A stretch of 64,000 nucleotides of DNA. It comes from Alistipes sp. Lineage in GTDB: Bacteria > Bacteroidota > Bacteroidia > Bacteroidales > Rikenellaceae. This document shows, piece after piece, positions 27,827-37,882 of this stretch; the first letter of the stretch is position 1; each line of letters starts with the position of its first letter. The notes under the pieces were generated by a model. It did not search any database, had not been told where the DNA came from, and saw only the letters and a list, made by a program, of their open reading frames with translations. A program made the translations under genes and the position numbers. The DNA is taken from assembly GCA_045124955.1 (NCBI GenBank), contig JBGVMU010000003.1:85247-149246 (forward strand). The letters run 5' to 3'.

Positions 27827-29101
27827 TTAGTCAATCATTGTAATGCCACCCATATAAGGCACAAGCACCTCCGGAACCTTAATACCCTCAGGTGTCTGGT
27901 TGTTCTCCAACAACGCTGCTACGATACGAGGCAATGCCAACGACGAGCCGTTGAGCGTGTGAGCCAACTTGGTCTTCTTGTTCGAGTCCTTGTAGCGGAG
28001 CTTCAAGCGGTTAGCCTGGAACGACTCGAAGTTCGACACCGACGAAACCTCCAACCAACGCTTCTGCGCCTCCGAATAGACCTCGAAGTCGTAGGTGAGA
28101 GCCGAAGTGAAGGACATATCGCCACCACAAAGGCGCAAGATACGATATGGCAGGCCGAGCGACTTAACCAAGCCCTCAACATGGGCTACCATACCATCGA
28201 GAGCCTCGTAAGAGTTCTCTGGCAATGCCAACTGCACGATCTCGACCTTGTCGAATTGGTGCAAGCGGTTCAAACCACGAACATCCTTACCATACGAGCC
28301 AGCCTCACGACGGAAACAAGGGGTGTAGGCGGTCATCTTCACAGGGAACTCCTTCTCGTCGAGGATTACATCACGGAAGATGTTTGTTACAGGTACCTCT
28401 GCTGTTGGCACGAGGTAGAAGTTATCAACCGTAGCGTGGTACATCTGTCCCTCCTTATCTGGCAACTGACCTGTACCGAAGCCCGAAGCCTCATTTACCA
28501 TTACAGGTGGCTCAACCTCCTGATAACCTGCGGCTGTGTTGTAGTCGAGGAAGTAGTTGATGAGGGCACGCTGCAAGCGAGCACCCTTACCCTTATATAC
28601 AGGGAAACCTGCACCTGTCAACTTAACACCGAGGTCGAAGTCGATGATGTCGTACTTCTTCGCCAACTCCCAGTGTGGAAGTGGATTCTCAGGCAACTCC
28701 GAGTAGTTCTCGTCAATCTTCACAACGAGGTTATCCTCGGCGGTCTTACCCTCGGGAACGATGTCGGCAGGGAAGTTAGGGAGCAATACGATCTGCGCCT
28801 GCAACTCTGCCGAAGCCTCCTCGTGCTTTGCCGAGAGCTCAGCCGACTTCGCCTTCAAAGCCGCAACCTGCTGCTTGCGCTCCTCGGCCTCCTCACGCTT
28901 TCCTTGTCCCATAAGCATACCAATCTCCTTGGCAGCCTTGTTCTGCTCGGCAAGGCAGTTATCCAACTCTACCTGCAAGGCCTTACGAGCATCGTCCAAC
29001 TCCTCAATCTTTGCGATAATAGGGGCAGCATCCACACCCTTCTTGGCAAGCTTCTTAATTGCCAACTCCTTATCGCCACGCAATTGTTGTAATGTAAGCA
29101 T
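27827..29101 (-). CDS. serS: Serine--tRNA ligase
   Basis: YLVPTAEVP, FRREAGSYGKDVRGLNRLHQF, EVSSVSNF, TLNGSSLALPR. Confidence 0.98.
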   Translation of the reverse strand: MLTLQQLRGDKELAIKKLAKKGVDAAPIIAKIEELDDARKALQVELDNCLAEQNKAAKEIGMLMGQGKREEAEERKQQVAALKAKSAELSAKHEEASAELQAQIVLLPNFPADIVPEGKTAEDNLVVKIDENYSELPENPLPHWELAKKYDIIDFDLGVKLTGAGFPVYKGKGARLQRALINYFLDYNTAAGYQEVEPPVMVNEASGFGTGQLPDKEGQMYHATVDNFYLVPTAEVPVTNIFRDVILDEKEFPVKMTAYTPCFRREAGSYGKDVRGLNRLHQFDKVEIVQLALPENSYEALDGMVAHVEGLVKSLGLPYRILRLCGGDMSFTSALTYDFEVYSEAQKRWLEVSSVSNFESFQANRLKLRYKDSNKKTKLAHTLNGSSLALPRIVAALLENNQTPEGIKVPEVLVPYMGGITMID

Positions 29102-29205
29102 ATACTATATCCGTTTTTAATAATTTCTGCGAAACACTATTTCAATCTGCAAATTTACAAAAAAAGTATTAAAGTGTACCTATTTTATATAAGTTTATTA
29201 GCCAC

Positions 29206-29243
29206 AAGCAAAAACTGCCCCGAAATAGGAGCAGTTTTTGCTT
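29206..29243 (-). terminator. Terminator after the beta-helix lipoprotein gene
   Basis: AAGCAAAAACTGC...GCAGTTTTTGCTT hairpin. Confidence 0.75.
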
Positions 29244-29262
29244 ATTTGTTTGGCCCAACGAA

Positions 29263-31572
29263 CTACTCGGTAGGTGGAGCCGGATAGTAGCTGGTGCCAT
29301 TATTACCAAAGATGCCGAGGCTGACATTCTTGCTGTTGCCGCCGCACCACGACATATTATTGCCGCTACCGACAGCCTCGGTAAGGGTTGTTGTCTGGCC
29401 GTCAAGAGCATTGAAGTTAAGCGTTCCGGCGCAGTGGCTGACGTGGATATTTATAATCACAGAGACATCAACACCTGTATAGTATGCACAGCCCACAACC
29501 TCACAATACTTACCCGAGGCGTAGTTGTGATTAAATTCGTTCGTGCTCTCTGCCGCTACGCCATTATAGCTATTGCCCGATACGGTGTAGTTGCTGATTG
29601 TTGTGGTGTATTCGCCCGTACCGTTCTTCTGCTGAGTTTCGGTGCGCTGCGAACGGATATCGCCGATAAACTGATTTATGTGGCGACCTGCAATGGTTGT
29701 GGTAGCGTTACCTCTGATTGATACGCCCGACTTATAGGTGTTCGCCGTCCACTTCGACTCATCCCAAACATTGGCAATCACATCCTTATCCTCCTGTCCT
29801 GTACAATTGATTTGGGTATTTGTTACCGAGCAGTTACTAATAGTTGCACTCTTTGCACTCACAAAACCAATTAAACCACCACACTCACCGGCTGTATACC
29901 ACCACTGCACTCCGTCGATTACCATTCCCGACGAAGTCCCCTCAATCTTGTAGTAGTTTACAACCTTCGGATCGTAGTTCTCGACAATGGTATTATCCAC
30001 CGAACAACCATCTATGGTTATAGCGCCTGTGCCCGAATTGGTCATATTGCCTATCAAACCTCCGACTTTGCAGACTCCTCTCACTTTGCTATCCTTGACG
30101 TGGATATTTGAGACCGTATATGGCTCGTTCGACTTCAAAACTCTCGAAACCAACACTCCTGCATAGGCGTTACCTGCTCCACCATCGTCGGTGTCGCCAT
30201 AGGCGAGCGGTGCAATACTCTTGTCGTGCTTACAGCTGATATCTGCGCCCACAAATGTGAGATTTTTGTGAGTTGTAGGCTTAGACGAGGTGCAGACGAT
30301 GAAGCCTGCGCCATAGTTCTTCGACGCATCGTGAGTGATATCCACCTTGAAATTATGGAGAGAGTGGCCTCCTCCATCGAGATAGTCTACCCGCTTGAAC
30401 GGTTTGAGGGCGTATCCTCCCATATCGATATCGGCCATAAAGATAAGCTGTTTGCTCTCGTCGAAACTCTGGCCCTGCACCTTCGCCAAATCGTATGGCG
30501 AATAGATGAGGTAGCGGGTTACGCCTCCCTCCGCCTCGGTAAGGGTTGTGGTGGAGCGCACTCCGTCCCAAGCAGCCACAAATCGAGCATCGTCGAAATA
30601 GACTTCACCTCGGCCGTAGCGCTCACCTCCGAGCAAACAATCTGTTGCCGAGGTTAAGATTGCCTTGCTGAATGCAGCTTTGTGCTCCTCGCAATAGTCA
30701 AGTCGCACCGTCTCCGCATATTTCTTACCCTTGTCGGTCAATGGAACAAGTGTAGCATCTACACCATTGCAATTTACGAAACAGAGCTTTTCATCGCCCG
30801 TATATCCGCCAAGCTGACCCACCATCTTGCCGTAAAAGTTGTTCATATTCTCCATATAGGCCTTTACGGTGGCCGAGGTAGTGCAATTGGTGAATGTGGT
30901 GGTGCTGGAGGTCTCGCCCTCTCTATCTTTTGCTATGTAACCTACCAAGCCTCCTGCCAAACCCGAATATCCCGACTCGAATGCAGTCTCAACAACTCCG
31001 CCATTTGCGTTCACGTCGTTGATATCGAACACTCCCTCGCACAACACACCTGCCACCAAACCGATTTTGCACGGAGCTACAACCGAGCAGTTGTTAAATG
31101 TAACATTACTCACAGTCAGCCCCTTCGATGCTGAGCCCACCAAGATAGCCGCACCTGTGTTCAATGTGGTATTCACTGCACAATTCGAGAACACGATGTC
31201 GTGAATATGGAGGTTATCGGCATTACCGAAGATAGATGAGGCCTCGTCGTTCATCGTTACACCGGTAATCGTCTTGCCGTTGCCGTCAATCTCGGTGCCG
31301 TCATTGAGGTTCATCGACGGAAGCGCATTATCGCCATACTCGCCCATATCTATATCCGAGTTGATGCATATTTTGGAGAACTTCTTACCGTTCAGAGTTT
31401 GGCCATAGTAGCACAACCAGCGGAACTCCTCGGCGGAGTTAATCGCAAGGCAATCGCCCTCAACAACCGCAGGAGGTGTTGTACCCGCCACGAATTTGCC
31501 GTTGCCGCCATCGTGCGTACAACCTATGATAACCAACGAGAGTAGAAGTGTTAAAAAGTAGAGGTTTTTCAT
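29263..31572 (-). CDS. Surface lipoprotein with two GLUG-like/beta-helix modules (adhesin-like, 769 aa)
   Basis: Lipobox VIIGC; duplicated module (INSAEEF..DIDMG..IDGNGKTI and IYSPYDL..DIDMG..LDGGGHSL); GGLVGY/GGLIGN/GGLIGF repeats. Confidence 0.7.
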   Translation of the reverse strand: MKNLYFLTLLLSLVIIGCTHDGGNGKFVAGTTPPAVVEGDCLAINSAEEFRWLCYYGQTLNGKKFSKICINSDIDMGEYGDNALPSMNLNDGTEIDGNGKTITGVTMNDEASSIFGNADNLHIHDIVFSNCAVNTTLNTGAAILVGSASKGLTVSNVTFNNCSVVAPCKIGLVAGVLCEGVFDINDVNANGGVVETAFESGYSGLAGGLVGYIAKDREGETSSTTTFTNCTTSATVKAYMENMNNFYGKMVGQLGGYTGDEKLCFVNCNGVDATLVPLTDKGKKYAETVRLDYCEEHKAAFSKAILTSATDCLLGGERYGRGEVYFDDARFVAAWDGVRSTTTLTEAEGGVTRYLIYSPYDLAKVQGQSFDESKQLIFMADIDMGGYALKPFKRVDYLDGGGHSLHNFKVDITHDASKNYGAGFIVCTSSKPTTHKNLTFVGADISCKHDKSIAPLAYGDTDDGGAGNAYAGVLVSRVLKSNEPYTVSNIHVKDSKVRGVCKVGGLIGNMTNSGTGAITIDGCSVDNTIVENYDPKVVNYYKIEGTSSGMVIDGVQWWYTAGECGGLIGFVSAKSATISNCSVTNTQINCTGQEDKDVIANVWDESKWTANTYKSGVSIRGNATTTIAGRHINQFIGDIRSQRTETQQKNGTGEYTTTISNYTVSGNSYNGVAAESTNEFNHNYASGKYCEVVGCAYYTGVDVSVIINIHVSHCAGTLNFNALDGQTTTLTEAVGSGNNMSWCGGNSKNVSLGIFGNNGTSYYPAPPTE

Positions 31573-31738
31573 CTTATTTTTAAATTATATGGTGCAAAGT
31601 TATGCAAATAAGTGAAAATTTAGCAAATTAGGAGTGGAAATATTCCCCATTTCGTCCCATTCTTCGCCCCTTTTTTATCGAAACTATCCACTTTGGGCGT
31701 ATAGATAGTTCCGATTTTTTACTATCTTTGCAACTGTT

Positions 31739-33559
31739 ATGACAAAGATTGAACTTCTTGCTCCGGCAAAAGACTACGACACAGCGGTTGATGCTATCGA
31801 CTGCGGTGCCGATGCTGTATATATCGGTGCAGGAAAGTTTGGTGCTCGCCACTCGGCAACCAATGCCGTGGAGGATATTGCACGAGTTGCGGAGTATGCT
31901 CATCGCTATGGCGTGAAGGTCTATGCAACGCTCAACACTCTGCTCTTCGACCACGAGTTGGAGGAGGCTCGTGAACAGGCTCTCGCCTTGATTAAGGCGG
32001 GTGTCGATGCGCTTATTGTGCAGGATATGGCGTATTGGAAGATGAATCTGCCGATAGCACTGCACGCCTCAACGCAGACCAACTGCGCCTCACCCGAGAG
32101 GGTAAAATTCTTCGAGGAGATGGGCTTTGCAAGGGCGATTTTGGAGCGGTCGTTATCGAAAAACGATATTGCCGAGATTCGCAAGGCGACAAATATCGAG
32201 TTGGAAGCCTTTGTTCACGGAGCGATTTGCGTGTCGCAGAGTGGTCGTTGTTTCTTCTCTCGCTCGACATCGGAGCGCAGTGGCAATCGTGGCGAGTGCA
32301 GCCAGCCGTGCCGCTTGGAGTACGACCTCTGCAACGACAAGGGTGAAACAATCATCAAAAGCAAGCACCTTCTTTCGGTGCGTGACCTCGACCTCTCGGC
32401 TCGATTGGGCGAGATGATTGACTTGGGTATCTGCTCGTTCAAAATCGAGGGCAGATTGAAAGACCGCACCTATGTCCGCAATATAGTAAGCCTCTACCGC
32501 CAACTCCTCGACCGAGAGATTGCCAAGCGCAACGATGTCGAGCGCAGTTCGGTGGGGCGCAGTGTGGTGGAGTTCGAGCCTAACGCCTCACGCACCTTTA
32601 CCCGTGGTGCAGGCGAATACTTCTTCGATGGCAAGTGTCGTGGTGTAGCATCGTTCGATACCCCGAAGGCTATGGGCGAGCGAATTGGCAAAGTTGCGAG
32701 AGCAGACCGCCGAGGCATCGTTCTCGACCGCAAGCACGACCTTACGACGGGCGATGGCGTATGTTTTATCTCGAATGGCTCGTTGGTCGGCACAAATGTC
32801 GTAGGCATAGAGGGAGAGCGCATTCAACTCAACCGCTACGATGGCGTGGCTGTGGGTGTAGAGCTCTTCCGCAACTACAACCGATTGTTCTCGCAAGCGG
32901 TGGAGCGCAGCCGAGTGAAGCGCACGATTGCGGTAGATTTGAATTTGAAGTTCGAGCAAGATAAAATAACCCTTACTGCGACCGACGAAACGGGTTGCGA
33001 GGGCTCGGCTATGGTGGAGCACGCATTCGAGGCGGTGCGAGATGCGGCAAAGGGCGAGGAGGCTCTGCGCCGACAACTCTCCCGTTCGGGCGATACGATG
33101 TTCGAGGTGCGTGATATCGCAATCGAAAACCTCGGCTTTGTGCCTATGTCGGTGGTAGGAGAGTTGCGCCGTGAAGCGCTTAATAACCTCGAAATCAGCC
33201 GTTTGACAGACTATGAATTCGAGTTGCACTTGGCTTCGTTTATCGACTCGACAAATCGTTGGGAGCGCAAGGCGCAATATCCGTCGAAGTTGCTCACTCC
33301 GCAAGATAATGTAACAAACCACCTTGCGAGGGAGTTCTACGCCGAGTGTGGCGTGGAGGAGATTGCCGAGGGTTTGGATTGCCGACCTTCGACTGCCGGC
33401 GAGCAGGTCATAATCTCGGACTACTGCATCCGCCGAGAGATTGGCGAGTGCTTATTGGAGCGACCACGCTTGCGAGGCGACCTCTACCTGGTGCGAGGTA
33501 CGAAGAAGTATCGTTTGTGCTTCGACTGCAAGAAGTGCCAGATGAAAGTGATAGATTAG
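31739..33559 (+). CDS. rlhA: U32-family protein with C-terminal DUF3656-like region (RlhA-type rRNA hydroxylase)
   Basis: ELLAPA, GADAVY, HASTQ, FVHGAICVSQSGRC, NRGECSQPCR, KIEGR. The 606-aa length fits the RlhA subgroup; the symbol is inferred. Confidence 0.8.
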   Translation: MTKIELLAPAKDYDTAVDAIDCGADAVYIGAGKFGARHSATNAVEDIARVAEYAHRYGVKVYATLNTLLFDHELEEAREQALALIKAGVDALIVQDMAYWKMNLPIALHASTQTNCASPERVKFFEEMGFARAILERSLSKNDIAEIRKATNIELEAFVHGAICVSQSGRCFFSRSTSERSGNRGECSQPCRLEYDLCNDKGETIIKSKHLLSVRDLDLSARLGEMIDLGICSFKIEGRLKDRTYVRNIVSLYRQLLDREIAKRNDVERSSVGRSVVEFEPNASRTFTRGAGEYFFDGKCRGVASFDTPKAMGERIGKVARADRRGIVLDRKHDLTTGDGVCFISNGSLVGTNVVGIEGERIQLNRYDGVAVGVELFRNYNRLFSQAVERSRVKRTIAVDLNLKFEQDKITLTATDETGCEGSAMVEHAFEAVRDAAKGEEALRRQLSRSGDTMFEVRDIAIENLGFVPMSVVGELRREALNNLEISRLTDYEFELHLASFIDSTNRWERKAQYPSKLLTPQDNVTNHLAREFYAECGVEEIAEGLDCRPSTAGEQVIISDYCIRREIGECLLERPRLRGDLYLVRGTKKYRLCFDCKKCQMKVID

Positions 33560-33573
33560 ACGAGAGACGAGAG
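33559..33573 (+). repeat. (GACGAGA)x2 heptamer starting at the U32 stop codon
   Basis: TAG-ACGAGAG-ACGAGAG; reverse complement of the array at 34638-34667. Confidence 0.6.
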
Positions 33574-33610
33574 TTTTTCGTCTTTTCTTTTTGGGCTTTT
33601 AGCCATTGGC

Positions 33611-33713
33611 TTTTTACATACCCCCCTCCGCTACGCTCGTCCCCCTAACTTAGGGGGACAATACCTTATCTATTCCTCCCCTAACTTAGGGGAGGTGGCA
33701 AAGCCAGAGGGGG
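33611..33713. repeat. REP-like doublet, copy 1
   Basis: Hairpins GTCCCCCTAACTTAGGGGGAC (33639-33659) and CCTCCCCTAACTTAGGGGAGG (33675-33695); inverted copy at 40399-40505. Confidence 0.88.
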
Positions 33714-33740
33714 ATTTAGTTTTTGGGGCTTTTAGTGAGC

Positions 33741-33836
33741 TTAGAGGAATTAGGGAGTTTAGCGAGTTTAGAAAAACCCTATCACCCCTATTCCCCCTAT
33801 TATCCCTATCACCCCTAAAAAGCTAACGGCTAAAAG
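33741..33836. repeat. Composite 9-mer element (inverted copy of 26894-26971 with one extra unit)
   Basis: Direct alignment by eye. Confidence 0.85.
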
Positions 33837-33851
33837 CCAATAAAAAGGTAT

Positions 33852-34223
33852 TTACTTTACCACCCAATCAACAACTCCCAACTTATTTATACTCCTAATT
33901 GCGGCGGCGACAATGGATAGAGGTGAAAGATAGAAATTCTCTTGCCTATATATATCAACTCTTTCGACACCTCGGCTTGGTTGTTCTACCTCTAATGCTA
34001 TTGTGGGAGGAGTTGCAGAAAAGTTGTAAATAGCAGATATTAGCTTGCCGCCATTTACGATTAGGGGTGCTGTTTCGCCTTTGGAATTTAGAAATAGATA
34101 GTGTCGGCACGATGCATCGGTATGGCATTTGGCGAAGAATAGAATATGCTCAGAACGATGGTGCAACATCTCAAAGGTTGGCTTCATCTCTGTTGCTCCA
34201 TTTGTATATACAGCATAGAACAT
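33852..34223 (-). CDS. Hypothetical protein or pseudogene remnant in an AT-richer island
   Basis: 123-aa ORF; upstream minus-strand promoter-like TTTG-N19-TAAATTTG (34478-34508); stops interrupt all upstream frames; no recognisable motif. Confidence 0.35.
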   Translation of the reverse strand: MFYAVYTNGATEMKPTFEMLHHRSEHILFFAKCHTDASCRHYLFLNSKGETAPLIVNGGKLISAIYNFSATPPTIALEVEQPSRGVERVDIYRQENFYLSPLSIVAAAIRSINKLGVVDWVVK

Positions 34224-34520
34224 CGTAGCCTAAATTTTCATCTCCACCAACACCCAATGGGGAAACATAAAAAAGAAAGCGTGGTGCTGAAAACTTATTT
34301 TAACGATGGGGTTCTGGAAAACCTCTGGAATAAAACAAGCAACAATCCCACGCCATACCGAGTGGTATGACACAAGAAGTCTGCCTATTCTCTCCCAACT
34401 AAAATTTTCCAGATTTCATCGTGAGAATAAACTTACACTTTCTGCGTAATTATGTCTGCAATCCGACGACTGCACCACAAATTTAGAAATAATTTTCGAG
34501 AGTTGCAAAAATAAACAATC

Positions 34521-34616
34521 CGTCATTGCGAAGGAGTGAAACGACTGTGGCAATCTCCCACAGTTAATTTAATATAATGGAGATTCCCACGCTCATTACA
34601 TTCGCTCGGAATGACG
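34521..34616. repeat. CGTCATTGCGA...GCAATCTCC...GGAGATT...GAATGACG palindromic element
   Basis: Long imperfect hairpin; a 3'-half remnant (GAGATTTC...CGCAATGACG) lies at 35612-35658. Confidence 0.75.
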
Positions 34617-34637
34617 ATCTATTATTTTTTGAAATTT

Positions 34638-34727
34638 CTCTCGTCTCTCGTCTCTCGTCTCTCGTCTTTTTATTATCTTTGCAAAAGAAAAAGCTAATGG
34701 CTAATGGCCAATAGCTAAAAGCCAAAA
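34638..34727 (+). promoter_or_regulatory. Methyltransferase promoter flanked by heptamer arrays
   Basis: (CTCTCGT)x4 at 34638-34667, TATCTTTG at 34674-34681, (GCTAATG-like)x5 at 34693-34727. Confidence 0.75.
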
Positions 34728-34732
34728 AAGGT

Positions 34733-35611
34733 ATGAACTTAACACCAAACTTTAAGGATTACGAGTTGATTGACTCGGGCGAGGGCGAGAAGTTGGAGCG
34801 ATTTGGTCGCTATACCCTGCGCCGACCTGAGCCACAGGCGGTATGGCGCAAGTCGCTCGACGAAAAGGAGTGGCAACGCCTGGCAGATGCCTCATTCCTC
34901 CGCACCGACCGTAGCGAGGAGCGTGGCGAGTGGCGCAACAAGCCGCAGATGAAGGATCGCTGGAATATCCGCTACGACTATAAGGATATGCACCTTACGA
35001 TGCGCCTGGCTTGCACCGCATTCAAGCATATCGGCATATTCCCCGAGCAGGCGGCAAATTGGAACTTTATCTACGACACTTGCCGTGCGAAGTTGGAGCG
35101 CAAGGGGGCAAAACCAAAGGTTTTGAACTTGTTTGCCTACACGGGTGGTGCAACTCTCGCAGCAGCGGCTTCGGGCGCAGAGGTTACCCATGTCGACTCC
35201 GTAAAGCAGGTGGTGACTTGGTCACGAGAGAATATGGAGTCGAGCAACCTCGAAGGCATTCGTTGGATAGTGGAGGATGCGCTGAAATTTGTTCAGCGTG
35301 AGGTGCGCCGTGGCAACCGCTACGACGGTATTATCCTCGACCCTCCGGCATACGGCCGTGGTGCAAATGGCGAGAAGTGGGTGTTGGAGCAGAATATTGC
35401 CGAGATGTTGGAGGCGTGTTCGGAGTTGCTTGCCGAGGATGGCTTCTTGGTGCTGAATTTGTACTCTATGGGACTCTCCTCGACCATTGCGAGAACGCTT
35501 GTGCATCAGATGTTTGGCGCACCTGCAAAGGAGGAGTTTGGCGAGTTATACTTCACCGATAGAGCCGATAAGGAGTTGCCATTCGGCACATACTACCGAA
35601 TGAAGCGATAA
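34733..35611 (+). CDS. Class I SAM-dependent methyltransferase (RlmI/RlmK-like)
   Basis: VLNLFAYTGG, HVDS, EDA, ILDPPAYG motifs. Confidence 0.88.
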   Translation: MNLTPNFKDYELIDSGEGEKLERFGRYTLRRPEPQAVWRKSLDEKEWQRLADASFLRTDRSEERGEWRNKPQMKDRWNIRYDYKDMHLTMRLACTAFKHIGIFPEQAANWNFIYDTCRAKLERKGAKPKVLNLFAYTGGATLAAAASGAEVTHVDSVKQVVTWSRENMESSNLEGIRWIVEDALKFVQREVRRGNRYDGIILDPPAYGRGANGEKWVLEQNIAEMLEACSELLAEDGFLVLNLYSMGLSSTIARTLVHQMFGAPAKEEFGELYFTDRADKELPFGTYYRMKR

Positions 35612-35713
35612 GAGATTTCAAGTAATACAGCTACGAGCCTACGGCTCACGCAATGACGATATATTATTAAAAAAGCCAATGGCTAATGGCTAATGGCGAA
35701 AAGCTAATTTAAG

Positions 35714-37882
35714 ATGAAAGAGAGAAAGACAAAGCGAACAAACAAGAAGAGTAAGAAGATTGGATTTAGTGACCGTGCGGGCTTTATCGTGAATGCATTT
35801 CGAGAGATGCCCGAGAAGCGGTTCACACTCAAATATTTGGCTGCCGCATCGGGTGGTGCGGACAAGGAGGGGCGCAACCTCACAAAACATATCCTCGATA
35901 CCCTGCTCGAACAGGGCTACATCGAGGCAGAGGGCAAGGGCAAATATCACCTCAGCCGTAGCAAGATGCCTCACTACGAAGGCGTTGTTGATATGGCCGC
36001 TTCGGGTGCGATGTATGTGCAGTGCGAGGGGCTGGATAGCGATGTCTTTGTTCATCAGCGCAATACCCGCAACGCTCTGAATGGCGATAGGGTGGAGGTT
36101 ATCATAACCCACACCTCACGCAACGGAGCCAAGGAGGGCGAGATTTCGAAGGTGTTGGAGCGTTCGCCTCGTTGCTATGCAGGTCGTGTGGAGATTGCAT
36201 CAAAAACTATGGCGATTGTAGTTCCCGACTCTCGCAAAATGCCCGTTGATATTGCCATTTCACTCAAAAAATACCCCGACCTCAAACAAGACGACAAGGT
36301 GGCGGTGCGCATAGTCGATTGGCGAGATGGCGACCGCTTGCCACAGGGCGAATTGGTCGATATCTTGGGTGCTGCGGGCGATAACGATGCCGAGATGCAC
36401 GCCATTTTGCTCGAATACAACTTGCCTTACAAGTTCGAGGAGCAGGTCGAGCGAGCTGCAAATGCCATTGACGGTCGCATCACCGAGCGAGATATTGCCG
36501 AGCGTAGGGATATGCGAGCGGTGCCAACCCTCACGATTGACCCGGCAGATGCAAAGGACTTCGACGATGCTCTCTCGATACAAAAGATTGGCGAGGGTAA
36601 GTGGGAGGTCGGAGTTCATATTGCCGATGTTACGCACTATGTGCGTCCCGACTCAACTATTGATGACGAGGCGATAGAGCGAGGTACTTCGGTCTATCTG
36701 GTCGATAGAACAATTCCGATGTTACCCGAGAGGTTGTGCAACGACCTCTGTTCGTTGCGCCCACACGAGGATAAGCTCGCCTTTTCTGCCATTTTCCACA
36801 TCGACGAGAAGGGAAAAATCTCGCAAGAGTGGTTCGGTCGCACCGTTATTCACTCCGACCGTCGCTTCGCCTACGAGGAGGCTCAAAAAGTTATCGAGAC
36901 GGGCGAAGGCGATATGAAGGAGGAGATTTTGACTATGCACGACCTTGCACAGACCCTCCGCAAGGAGCGTTTCCGCAAGGGTGCGATTGCCTTCTCTCGC
37001 CGTGAGGCGAAGTTCCACCTCGACGAGAAGGGCAAGCCTACGGGGGTATATTTCAAGGTGCAGAAGGAGGCAAATCAACTTATCGAGGAGTTTATGCTCC
37101 TGGCAAATCGCCGTGTGGCGGAGTTCTGCGCAAAGGCGCACGGCAAGGAGCGCACGATGATTTTCCGTGTTCACGATGTGCCAAACAGCGACAAGTTCGA
37201 GCGTTTCCGCTCGTTTATCTTGCGCTTCGGTCATATCTTCAAGTCGCCAATCGACAAGGGCAATGCCGCAGCAAAGGAGTTGAACAAGTTGCTCGCCACA
37301 ATCAAGGGCAAGCCCGAGGAGAATGTCGTTTCGACACTCGCCATCCGTTCGATGGCAAAGGCGGTATATACCACCGACAACATCGGTCACTACGGCTTGG
37401 CGTTCCCATACTATACCCACTTTACATCGCCAATTCGACGCTATCCCGATATGATGGTGCATCGTCTGTTGCAGCGCTACCTCGACGGCAAGCGTTCGGC
37501 AGATAAGGATATGCACGAGTCGTTGTGCGTGCGTTGCTCGGAGCGAGAGGTTATCGCTGCCGATGCGGAGCGTGCTTCGATAAAGTACAAAATGGTGGAG
37601 TTTATGGCGGATAAGATTGGCGAGGAGTTCGACGGTCATATCTCGGGTATGAGCGAGTGGGGTATCTTCGTGGAGTTGGAGGATTCGATTGTCGAGGGTA
37701 TGATACTTATGCGTGATATCCCTGGCGACTACTACCAATTCGACGAGGAGCGCTACGAGGTCTTCGGCCACGCCACGGGCAAGGTCTTCACCATTGGCGA
37801 CAAGGTGCGTATCCGTGTCAGGAGTGCCGACCTACGCCGAAGATTGCTCGATTTTGAATATGTGAATTCAAAATCAAATTGA
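35714..37882 (+). CDS. rnr: Ribonuclease R
   Basis: TIDPADAKDFDDA, VHIADV, SVYLVDRTIPMLP, EEFMLLAN, YTHFTSPIRRYPD, C-terminal S1 domain. Confidence 0.97.
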   Translation: MKERKTKRTNKKSKKIGFSDRAGFIVNAFREMPEKRFTLKYLAAASGGADKEGRNLTKHILDTLLEQGYIEAEGKGKYHLSRSKMPHYEGVVDMAASGAMYVQCEGLDSDVFVHQRNTRNALNGDRVEVIITHTSRNGAKEGEISKVLERSPRCYAGRVEIASKTMAIVVPDSRKMPVDIAISLKKYPDLKQDDKVAVRIVDWRDGDRLPQGELVDILGAAGDNDAEMHAILLEYNLPYKFEEQVERAANAIDGRITERDIAERRDMRAVPTLTIDPADAKDFDDALSIQKIGEGKWEVGVHIADVTHYVRPDSTIDDEAIERGTSVYLVDRTIPMLPERLCNDLCSLRPHEDKLAFSAIFHIDEKGKISQEWFGRTVIHSDRRFAYEEAQKVIETGEGDMKEEILTMHDLAQTLRKERFRKGAIAFSRREAKFHLDEKGKPTGVYFKVQKEANQLIEEFMLLANRRVAEFCAKAHGKERTMIFRVHDVPNSDKFERFRSFILRFGHIFKSPIDKGNAAAKELNKLLATIKGKPEENVVSTLAIRSMAKAVYTTDNIGHYGLAFPYYTHFTSPIRRYPDMMVHRLLQRYLDGKRSADKDMHESLCVRCSEREVIAADAERASIKYKMVEFMADKIGEEFDGHISGMSEWGIFVELEDSIVEGMILMRDIPGDYYQFDEERYEVFGHATGKVFTIGDKVRIRVRSADLRRRLLDFEYVNSKSN

